A stretch of 64,000 nt of DNA from Bacteroidales bacterium. GTDB taxonomy: Bacteria > Bacteroidota > Bacteroidia > Bacteroidales > VadinHA17. The stretch spans positions 14,162 through 78,161 of the forward strand of contig JBNGDI010000003.1 in assembly GCA_049975425.1 (NCBI GenBank), in the 5' to 3' direction. Below, one piece after another: positions 38,134-45,454 of the stretch (position 1 is the first letter of the stretch; each line of letters opens with the position of its first letter). A program made the translations under genes and the position numbers. The notes below the pieces were generated by a model, which saw nothing but the letters and a program-made list of their open reading frames with translations, was not told where the DNA came from and made no database searches.

Positions 38134-39191
38134 GAAGATTGGGGTATCAGCAATGTGACTGTAAATATCCGTTCATCTTTCTCAATGCCCATCAGCCCTT
38201 CCTGACCGTATTTCAGTTCCAGTCGCTGGGCGATATTATTCAGCCCGATACCCCGGCGTCCGGCTGCAGGCACATCAGGGTCATAATGGTTGCTGAGCGT
38301 AAGCCTGAGCCGGTTTTCATCACACCAGGCCGTTAATTTGATCTCCACCTGTTCCGTACTCTGGTACACCCCGTGCTTGACAGCATTTTCAAACAGGGGC
38401 TGCAGGATCAGGTTGGGCAATTTCATTTTTATACACCTTTCGGGAATATCCCTGTTGAACAGCAAACGTTCCCCAAACCTCACCTGTTCCATGGCAAGGT
38501 AGTTTTCAATGTGATGCAGTTCTTCCTCCAGGGTAGACTCATCTTCCAGTTTATGGTCGAGGGAATACCTGAAAAACTCCGACAGCCTGACCACCATATC
38601 CCTTGCTTTAGCAGGATCAGTCAGTGTAAGGGCGCTGATACTGTTCAGGCTGTTGAATAAGAAATGAGGATTTATCTGTGAACGCAGCATTTTCAGCTCC
38701 GATTCCTTGATCAGGGTCTCCAGCCTGGCTTCCTGCCTGTCTTTTTCCCGCAGGCGGTGCCATGTCATGGTAAGGTAATAAACCAGCAGAATAATGAGAT
38801 ATACCAGTGCCCCGCCAACCACCTTCCAGCCCACTGATTCATTCAAATACACATGATAACCCTGTATGCTGGGGAAAAAATTTCGCAGGAATAAATGCGT
38901 AAGTGTGAGCCAGAGAAGAAGGATCACTGCACCCGACATGCCATACCCTGCCAGAATAAAGAGCAGATTGTTTTTGCCTGTATCCATAAACCTGACAGGA
39001 TACCACAGGGCCAGACCCAGCAGGGCGAGAAAGAAAGTGGAGATCAGGGCCTCATTGACAGACACATACAGGGGAAAGTCCTCGCGCCACAACAGCAGCA
39101 TTACGTGGACCCCCGCCAGGAGGATCCACGTGGATGCATACAGAATAATGTTCTTTCTGCTAACCAGAAAAGGATGCCGGCTGTTGTCCAT
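38130..39191 (-). CDS. Membrane sensor histidine kinase, LytS/YehU type (His_kinase PF06580-like)
   Basis: 353 aa with about five N-terminal TM helices, then LRSQINPHFLFNSLNSISAL (phospho-acceptor region) and HATPase motifs (LQPLFENAVKHG, GIGLNNI). Its stop overlaps the regulator start by 4 nt. Confidence 0.85.
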   Translation of the reverse strand: MDNSRHPFLVSRKNIILYASTWILLAGVHVMLLLWREDFPLYVSVNEALISTFFLALLGLALWYPVRFMDTGKNNLLFILAGYGMSGAVILLLWLTLTHLFLRNFFPSIQGYHVYLNESVGWKVVGGALVYLIILLVYYLTMTWHRLREKDRQEARLETLIKESELKMLRSQINPHFLFNSLNSISALTLTDPAKARDMVVRLSEFFRYSLDHKLEDESTLEEELHHIENYLAMEQVRFGERLLFNRDIPERCIKMKLPNLILQPLFENAVKHGVYQSTEQVEIKLTAWCDENRLRLTLSNHYDPDVPAAGRRGIGLNNIAQRLELKYGQEGLMGIEKDERIFTVTLLIPQSS

Positions 39192-39195
39192 GGGC

Positions 39196-39903
39196 TCAGA
39201 AATCTACCAGGTCTCCTCCCCCAAAGATAGCCACTCCTTTTATAATAAGCTGCTTGGAAGGATCTCTAACGATCCTGGGATCGGCAGCACGCTTATCGGA
39301 AAATCCACCGAAAATAGAGCTCACCTCCACCTTCACATCCCAGTCGCCGGGCACAAAAAGCTTGGTCCCGCCAAACATGGCGAAATAATCAATATAGACC
39401 TTTCCCTTGGCCATTTTTGCCTGCCTCAGATCGATCTCCGATCCTCCGAAAATGGCTGTGATCTTACCCCCCTGAAAATTATTGGAGGTGAACATTTTCT
39501 TTCCTCCGCCGAAAATAGCCACATCATCCAGGAAATCTTCGTCATTGACCTCAGCACGATGGATCATCTTCCCGTTATGACCTGCAAAACGAAAGATCAT
39601 CACCAATCCCAGCCCAATGAGCAGCACCGGCCAGAAGAAAAGGTGAAACTCAAAATGCACACCCGGAAATATCCGGGGAACCAGGAAAAACCCTCCAATG
39701 ATCAGCAATATCCAACCGGTAAGCGATCCTTCCCGGCTGGCAAGAAAAATCACCCCCAGTGCTACCAGCAGCATAGGCCACGAAAACAGAATATGCCTGA
39801 GAGGGTAGTGGATAAGATTCATATTGCCGGCAATCAGAAACAAACCGGCGAAAATAAAGATCAGTCCGACAACGGCACTGCGGTGAAAACGACTGCGTTC
39901 CAT
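39196..39903 (-). CDS. LiaF-like / cell-wall-active-antibiotic-response (DUF2154) membrane protein
   Basis: ORF 39196..39948, with the start moved to MERSRFHRSAVVGLIFIFAGLFLIAGN. Four TM helices are followed by a beta-rich C-terminal domain with repeated (I/M)FGG motifs (AIFGGGKK, AIFGGSEIDL, AMFGGTKLFVP, SIFGGFSDK, AIFGGGDL). It ends 4 nt before the kinase start. Confidence 0.7.
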   Translation of the reverse strand: MERSRFHRSAVVGLIFIFAGLFLIAGNMNLIHYPLRHILFSWPMLLVALGVIFLASREGSLTGWILLIIGGFFLVPRIFPGVHFEFHLFFWPVLLIGLGLVMIFRFAGHNGKMIHRAEVNDEDFLDDVAIFGGGKKMFTSNNFQGGKITAIFGGSEIDLRQAKMAKGKVYIDYFAMFGGTKLFVPGDWDVKVEVSSIFGGFSDKRAADPRIVRDPSKQLIIKGVAIFGGGDLVDF

Positions 39904-40023
39904 TTTTTTTGTTTTTTTGTGAATAATAACGCGTGACAAACAACCCAAAAATAGGAACGCCCTTCAGCAGTTCAAACAGTTTTTCGGTAAACGCGGGGAA
40001 AAAATCGGTAAACAGGGAAAACC

Positions 40024-41175
40024 TCAATCCCACACTCCGGGGATAGGCTGCCCGCAGGAAGCACATTTGCCGTTTTTCAGCAACGGCATGGTTACCTGGT
40101 ATCCTTTTCTCACCACCAGGGTTTTTCCGCAGTTCGGACAGAGGGTGTCCTGGGCCGGATGCCCCGGCACATTCCCCACATAAACAAAATGCATTCCTTC
40201 ATTTAGCGCTGTTTTCCTGGCCTGATCCAGCGTGCTCACCGGAGTGGGAGCCAGCCGGTTCAGCTTGTACATAGGTTGAAACCGGCTGAAATGGAGGGGG
40301 GTATCGGAAAAACCGTTCTTCACCAGCCAGCGGCACATTTCCCCGATCATTTTCATATCATCGGTCCAGGTAGGAACTATCAGGTTGGTGATCTCCAGCC
40401 ATACCCCTTCTTCCTTCAGGGTAAGCAGGGTATCCAGTACCGGTTGTAATTTTCCGGCGTTCAGCATGGCATAGATATCATCACTGAAACTCTTCAGGTC
40501 AATGTTGGCCGCATCGATCACACGGCACCAGTCTTTCAGCGGCCGGGGACTGATAAATCCTGCCGAAACGATCACATTGCTCAGGCCTGCCTGCCGGGCC
40601 AGTGTGGAAGTATCCAGTGTGTATTCATAAAACGCCACCGGATCGGAATAGGTATAGGCAATGGAAGGGCAGTTTTCCTGAATGGCCAGTTCCACTACTT
40701 TCGGTGGCATCAGGTCATAATTCCGCGTCTCCCTGGGACTCCGCTGGGATATCTCCCAGTTCTGGCAGTTCAGGCAGGCCAGGTTGCACCCTGCGGTTGC
40801 AATGGATAACACCCGGGTGCCTGGATGAAAATGATGGAGAGGCTTCTTCTCCATGGGGTCTATGTTCACCGAACAGGGATTGCCGTAGGCAATGGTGTAC
40901 AATTTGCCGTCCACTACTTCTTTTGTACGGCAATCGCCCGCCTCACCCTCTTTGATATCACATTCGTTGGGGCAGGTACGGCATTTGATCCCCCGGGGAG
41001 TGGAAATATAGTGCATGGCTTCCCGGCTCCATTTCCAGGGTTTTCCAGCCCGGATATTAATATTCTGCCCGGAATTCTCCCCGAGCAGAAAGGGGCAACA
41101 ATACATTCCTCCCACACCCAGCAGGCTTTTTCTGATAAACTCGCGTTTCGACAGTTTTTCTTCTTCCGGACTCAT
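40024..41175 (-). CDS. amrS: AmmeMemoRadiSam-system radical SAM enzyme with N-terminal Tat-like leader
   Basis: 383 aa. The leader reads LSKREFIRKSLLGVGGMYCCPFLLG. The auxiliary Cys region reads IKCRTCPNECDIKEGEAGDCR. The radical SAM motif reads IATAGCNLACLNCQNWEISQ (CX3CX2C). The C-terminal Cys pair reads CPNCGKT..CASCG. It lies on the same strand as the Memo-AMMECR1 gene. Confidence 0.8.
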   Translation of the reverse strand: MSPEEEKLSKREFIRKSLLGVGGMYCCPFLLGENSGQNINIRAGKPWKWSREAMHYISTPRGIKCRTCPNECDIKEGEAGDCRTKEVVDGKLYTIAYGNPCSVNIDPMEKKPLHHFHPGTRVLSIATAGCNLACLNCQNWEISQRSPRETRNYDLMPPKVVELAIQENCPSIAYTYSDPVAFYEYTLDTSTLARQAGLSNVIVSAGFISPRPLKDWCRVIDAANIDLKSFSDDIYAMLNAGKLQPVLDTLLTLKEEGVWLEITNLIVPTWTDDMKMIGEMCRWLVKNGFSDTPLHFSRFQPMYKLNRLAPTPVSTLDQARKTALNEGMHFVYVGNVPGHPAQDTLCPNCGKTLVVRKGYQVTMPLLKNGKCASCGQPIPGVWD

Positions 41176-41251
41176 TCGGTAAAATTAAACATTTCCGTTA
41201 TGCTTTGCCAAATAATAAACAGAATGAAGGGTAACAGGACCTTTTGTGTAC

Positions 41252-43405
41252 TCACACAGGAATACCCGGAGCAGAATACCGGTACCATGCCATACCGGCC
41301 AGGGCCACACCCGCTGTCAGAAAACAGGTCACAATAATTCCCGCCAGAGGGATGAGCACGGCGCTCACCAGCATAGCGCCCAGTGCCGAACCCATCAGGT
41401 CGGCTGAGTACAAACGGCCCGACGACCGGAAAATATCCGTCTGCAACAGGCGGGTACCCCGGGCAAAAAGGGTCCCAACCAGAAAAGCGGTCAGCAGGGT
41501 GACCGATCCGATAAAAACCGGGACCAGGAGGGCAGTGAGAGAGGAATCCTTTAGCAGGAAAATCAAAACCGGCATCATCACCAGGATAGCAGCCAGCCCA
41601 ACCAGCGGTCGGGTAAACGGTTTTTCTTTGCCGCTCTTCCTCTGCTCTGCCGTGCGCGATCCAAGATACAGACCCAGCATAAACACCGTAATCAGCATGC
41701 CGGTAGCCAGGTACAGATATCCGAACAATACCTGGAATGCCAGCAGAAGGATCACTTCCAGGGCTGCCGAGGCAAATCCTCCGGCAAACAGGGCCACCTG
41801 CACGGGGTTCATCCTGATCAGGGTGAGCAGGATAAACAGCATGAAAATGAGGGGCGCCAGGCTGTGCAACCAGTCGAAATGGCTCAGCCACTGCTTCCAG
41901 TGACTGAAAGTAGCCACCGGGTACAATCCGGTATTCGTCCGGATATCCGGAGTCAGGTCTTCGATAATCCGTTCGGCACGCCGGTGGATCAGATCATTGC
42001 TGATATACCAGGGGTTCAGGTAGTCGTTCTTCAGCCCCTTTTCCGTGATCAGTCCGGTAATGTTCCAGTCAAATTCCCTGGCCGAGGCAATAAAATAATC
42101 CTCTTCTCCGGGGACAATAACTACATGGGGAAACACTTCCTTCAGGGTGAAATACAGAATGGAATGGTTCTGTCTGGCCGACTCGCCCAGGTAATTGCCC
42201 GATGCCGGCAGGGAAATGGAAAAAACACCTCCGGGGCTGAGCAATTCCTGGCAACGCAGGAAAAACTCACGGGTAAAGTACCGGTTGGTTTGCAGATTAT
42301 CGGGTGGAGGGGCATTCACCAGAATGGCATCATACCGTTTGTCCTCCGCCCTGTTCACAAAGATCACAGGATCCTGGAAATGCATTGTCAGCCAGTGGGC
42401 CGAAATTTCCGGAAATTCCGATTGCAGCATTTCCACCAGCTCGGGATTGATTTCCACGGCATCCACGGCTGCGGGATCGTATTTGGAAATTTCCTGCAGC
42501 ATACCGTTCCAGCTTCCGAATACCAGCAGCAGGGTATCGGGCCGGGGGTGCTGGCTCAGGGGATAATGCACTTTTTCTTCCTGCAATGCAGGATTACCCG
42601 TTGAGTAAAGCAACTCATTGTTCTCATACAACTGCCACTGCTCGTGCATGCGGGTAAGAGTCAGGCTGCCATAGGGAGATTCCTGCTGCATTACCACATG
42701 CTGCCCCGGAAAAAGCCACCGGTTTTCCAGTTTCCCGGGATCGGTAAAAAACAAAATGAATGCTGTAAGGGCCATGCTGACTACCGACCATCCAAGGATC
42801 TTTCGCCTTCCCGTTTTCCACGTCACCATGGCCAGTACACCCATATTGAGCAACAGGATCAGGAACAGGGCAGCCCAGTGCGGGAAAAGAAACACCAGGA
42901 TAAAGGAAAACAGGGCTCCCCCGGCCAGTGAGCCCGATGCTTCCAGATAATAAATCCTGTTGGTATGATTTGATCCGGCTCGTTCGGATAGTGATCCGGA
43001 AAAAATGGGAAAGGACATACCCGAAACAAAACAGAAGGGAAGCAACACGGCCCATGAAAAGACCAGTACGGGAAGCAGACCTGTCATAACCCCCGGCGTG
43101 AAAAAAGTGTACCGCAGCCACACCAGCAGAAAATGCGTCAGGGGAGGCAGCCAGGCCAGGACCAGAAAGAGCGGGATCAGGTGGCGGTGCAACCGCCTGA
43201 AACGATAGCCTGTCCAGGCACCGAGAGCCGTGATAAACATCCACGAGGCCAGCAGTAGTCCGATGACCAGCTCATTCCCCTGGAACAGTTTCAGGAAATC
43301 GCGCAGCAGGATGAGCTGGGCCGACATGGAAGTAAATCCCATAGCCACAACCAGCCAGTATTCGGGCAATCCGGAAGCTGCTTTCCTTTTCACTCCCATA
43401 AACAA
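41252..43405 (-). CDS. Polytopic membrane protein with central spermidine-synthase-like (class I MTase fold) domain (fused MFS/spermidine-synthase type)
   Basis: 717 aa. The N-terminal ~220 aa and C-terminal ~190 aa are hydrophobic multi-helix bundles. The central soluble region SPYGSLTLTRM..LYENNELLYS..LLLVFGSWNGMLQEISKY..VDAVEINPELVEM..RYDAILVNAPPPDN..NRYFTREFF..LSPGGVFSISL is colinear with SpeE-type aminopropyltransferases. Confidence 0.75.
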   Translation of the reverse strand: MFMGVKRKAASGLPEYWLVVAMGFTSMSAQLILLRDFLKLFQGNELVIGLLLASWMFITALGAWTGYRFRRLHRHLIPLFLVLAWLPPLTHFLLVWLRYTFFTPGVMTGLLPVLVFSWAVLLPFCFVSGMSFPIFSGSLSERAGSNHTNRIYYLEASGSLAGGALFSFILVFLFPHWAALFLILLLNMGVLAMVTWKTGRRKILGWSVVSMALTAFILFFTDPGKLENRWLFPGQHVVMQQESPYGSLTLTRMHEQWQLYENNELLYSTGNPALQEEKVHYPLSQHPRPDTLLLVFGSWNGMLQEISKYDPAAVDAVEINPELVEMLQSEFPEISAHWLTMHFQDPVIFVNRAEDKRYDAILVNAPPPDNLQTNRYFTREFFLRCQELLSPGGVFSISLPASGNYLGESARQNHSILYFTLKEVFPHVVIVPGEEDYFIASAREFDWNITGLITEKGLKNDYLNPWYISNDLIHRRAERIIEDLTPDIRTNTGLYPVATFSHWKQWLSHFDWLHSLAPLIFMLFILLTLIRMNPVQVALFAGGFASAALEVILLLAFQVLFGYLYLATGMLITVFMLGLYLGSRTAEQRKSGKEKPFTRPLVGLAAILVMMPVLIFLLKDSSLTALLVPVFIGSVTLLTAFLVGTLFARGTRLLQTDIFRSSGRLYSADLMGSALGAMLVSAVLIPLAGIIVTCFLTAGVALAGMAWYRYSAPGIPV

Positions 43406-43465
43406 AACGATGTTTCCGTTTATCCCCGGAAGAAAGCAAACACCATGCCGAATTTGTTGCGGGAT

Positions 43466-44971
43466 TTACCGGCCGGAAAGCTCGTGTTCGCTGAATACGG
43501 TAGCCTCAAATACAAAGAGTTCGGCATCTTTCCATCCGTAGTATCCTATGCCGGCCTTGTCTCGAGCACAACGGCCCAGGAATTCTTCCACGGTCCAACC
43601 GTATTTTTCACCTACCTGAGGCAGGAACGTGCCGGTGGCAAACCCTTTCCGCATATAAATCCCGTGTTTGCCCATAACAATTTCATCTTTCGACTGGATG
43701 GGCTGCAGCGAACTGAGCACGGAAATTTCGATCTCCAGTTCATCCAGTTCTTCCCTGGTAACGGGTTTGAACCGTGAATCCTGAGTGGCGGCCGCAACGG
43801 CCATTTTCTGCACGGTAAGGTAAATAGGATCGGTGTCGGCAAAACGGCCGATGCAACCCCTGAGGGCGCCATCTTTTGTTAAGGTGACGAAAGCCCCTCC
43901 TTCCTGCTTCAGGTTGGGAGAAAGCTTGTCGGGATTGAATGCCACCAGGGTCTCGTCGTCAAGGAATCTTTCCAGCGTTCGCCTGGCAATTTCCAGAAGG
44001 TGTTTTTTATCAAGCTCGGTTAGATTCATAAAAGTATTTCCGGTATTATGTTCTTTCTCAATTAGTTCTATGGCCCAGTAACCCACGGCACGGCTTTTAT
44101 CGCCGTTAGGTACCTGGCCTGAACTGGCATACCTGACCAGGGAATATTCCAGGCCGGCATCACCCTGTGTGAGGTTCAGCAGGCAGTACACGGCGGGCCA
44201 CCCGCACATGGCTGTTACCAGCCCTTTGATTCCCGATGCTTCATTCTTTTTTACAACCTGTAAAAATTGCTCCGGATCATTGGATGCCACGGCCTCTGCG
44301 GTGCTCCTGTCAACCTTTTCCGCATCTCCCGAAGAAGGGTAATGCGAGAAATCGGTACTTATCACAAACAGGTTCCCCGGGGTAAAATAAGGCTCCAGGC
44401 ACCGGGCTATGGCGCGGAGACTACTCAGGTCACGGGTGCCGATCAGTACGGGTACAATCTGAAAATCGTGGTTAAGCCGGTGCTGCAGAAAAGGAAGCTC
44501 CACTTCCAGGGAATGTTCCTGCTCATGAGGTGAGGCCTGATCGTGCATTTCGCGGCAATTCCTCACCAGATCTGCGGCAAGGGATGCATTCACCGGTACT
44601 TTCCCCAGGGGGGTAATAAAATGCCCGGAAGTATAAACGGCCGCTCCATGGTACATGGCCGTATGGCTGACACCGATCAGAAACACATTGCGGTATTCCT
44701 TTTCAGGATCCAGCCGGCTGAAGGCTGCCGCAGCCACCGGTCCGGAATAAACATACCCTGCATGCGGAACGATCAGGGCCCTGACCGGGTGTTCAGATAC
44801 CGGCTTGTCGGCAATCCGGAAATATTCCTCCAGGGAAGCACGCAACAAGGCTTTCTGTGCCGGATAAAAGCTGCCGGCCACGGCAGGTTGACGATCTTTC
44901 TGTGCCGAAACCGGAAGTCCTGTACATAAAAGGACCCATGCCACAGGAATAATCCATGCAGTATGTTTCAT
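43466..44971 (-). CDS. Memo-like (AmmeMemoRadiSam protein B) fused to AMMECR1-like (protein A), with Sec-type signal peptide
   Basis: 501 aa with signal peptide MKHTAWIIPVAWVLLCTGLPVSAQ. The Memo half reads AVAGSFYP..ALIVPHAGYVYSG..VISTDFSHY. The AMMECR1 half reads LLEIARRTLERFL..GGAFVTLTKDGALRGCIGRF..ISVLSSLQPI..HGIYMRKG..GTFLPQV. Confidence 0.85.
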   Translation of the reverse strand: MKHTAWIIPVAWVLLCTGLPVSAQKDRQPAVAGSFYPAQKALLRASLEEYFRIADKPVSEHPVRALIVPHAGYVYSGPVAAAAFSRLDPEKEYRNVFLIGVSHTAMYHGAAVYTSGHFITPLGKVPVNASLAADLVRNCREMHDQASPHEQEHSLEVELPFLQHRLNHDFQIVPVLIGTRDLSSLRAIARCLEPYFTPGNLFVISTDFSHYPSSGDAEKVDRSTAEAVASNDPEQFLQVVKKNEASGIKGLVTAMCGWPAVYCLLNLTQGDAGLEYSLVRYASSGQVPNGDKSRAVGYWAIELIEKEHNTGNTFMNLTELDKKHLLEIARRTLERFLDDETLVAFNPDKLSPNLKQEGGAFVTLTKDGALRGCIGRFADTDPIYLTVQKMAVAAATQDSRFKPVTREELDELEIEISVLSSLQPIQSKDEIVMGKHGIYMRKGFATGTFLPQVGEKYGWTVEEFLGRCARDKAGIGYYGWKDAELFVFEATVFSEHELSGR

Positions 44972-45222
44972 GGCCTGAGCTTTTCCCCCCTAAAGATAGA
45001 ACAAAGCCCAAAAGAACACAAACCAGCATCACATTTTATATTTGCCTTCCGGATTAATTAAAAAGGACCTGCCTCGGAGGGTTTTATAAGAAAAACAGGG
45101 CGGGGGAAAATGTGCCATGGCCTGTGCAGCGGTCCTGTCTGAGGTTTATTTTTCTGTAATTGATTGAATAACAAATAATATTACATCTTTTACTAAAGAC
45201 TTGCGAATTTGAGGAAGCATAC

Positions 45223-45258
45223 AACTACGTAGACAACTACGTAGTTGTCTACGTAGTT
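45223..45258. repeat. Perfect 36-bp palindrome containing three CTACGTAG boxes at 12-bp spacing (candidate operator / cruciform)
   Basis: AACTACGTAGACAACTACGTAGTTGTCTACGTAGTT equals its own reverse complement (checked base by base). The flanking bases c45222/a45259 do not extend it. It lies in the 483-bp divergent spacer between 44971 (-) and 45455 (+). Confidence 0.95.
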
Positions 45259-45454
45259 ATCAGCCACGTCAGTCCTGTTGGACAGCTGTAGCATTATTTT
45301 ACTTAATTTGTATTTGTAAAAATATTATTTTCTGGTTTACGGAAATCCACCTGTTTTTCATCTTTTCTATTGAAAAACACCCCTTCTTTTTCCGCGGATT
45401 ATCCCGCTTTCATTAATTTTATATCGCCGGAAACGGTAATTTATCCTTAAACCA

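Noticed and set aside
38866-39936. 356-aa plus-strand ORF across the histidine kinase / LiaF-like genes
   Set aside because: It is antisense to two genes with clear family motifs (QINPHFLFNSLN and repeated FGG motifs), and its translation has no recognisable features.
41172-41903. ORFs 41172..41891 (-) and 41244..41903 (+) at the 3' end of the SpeE-like membrane gene
   Set aside because: These are alternative frames or strands of the C-terminal TM bundle region. The 717-aa frame gives coherent hydrophobic helices, while these give Pro/Gly/Arg-rich nonsense.
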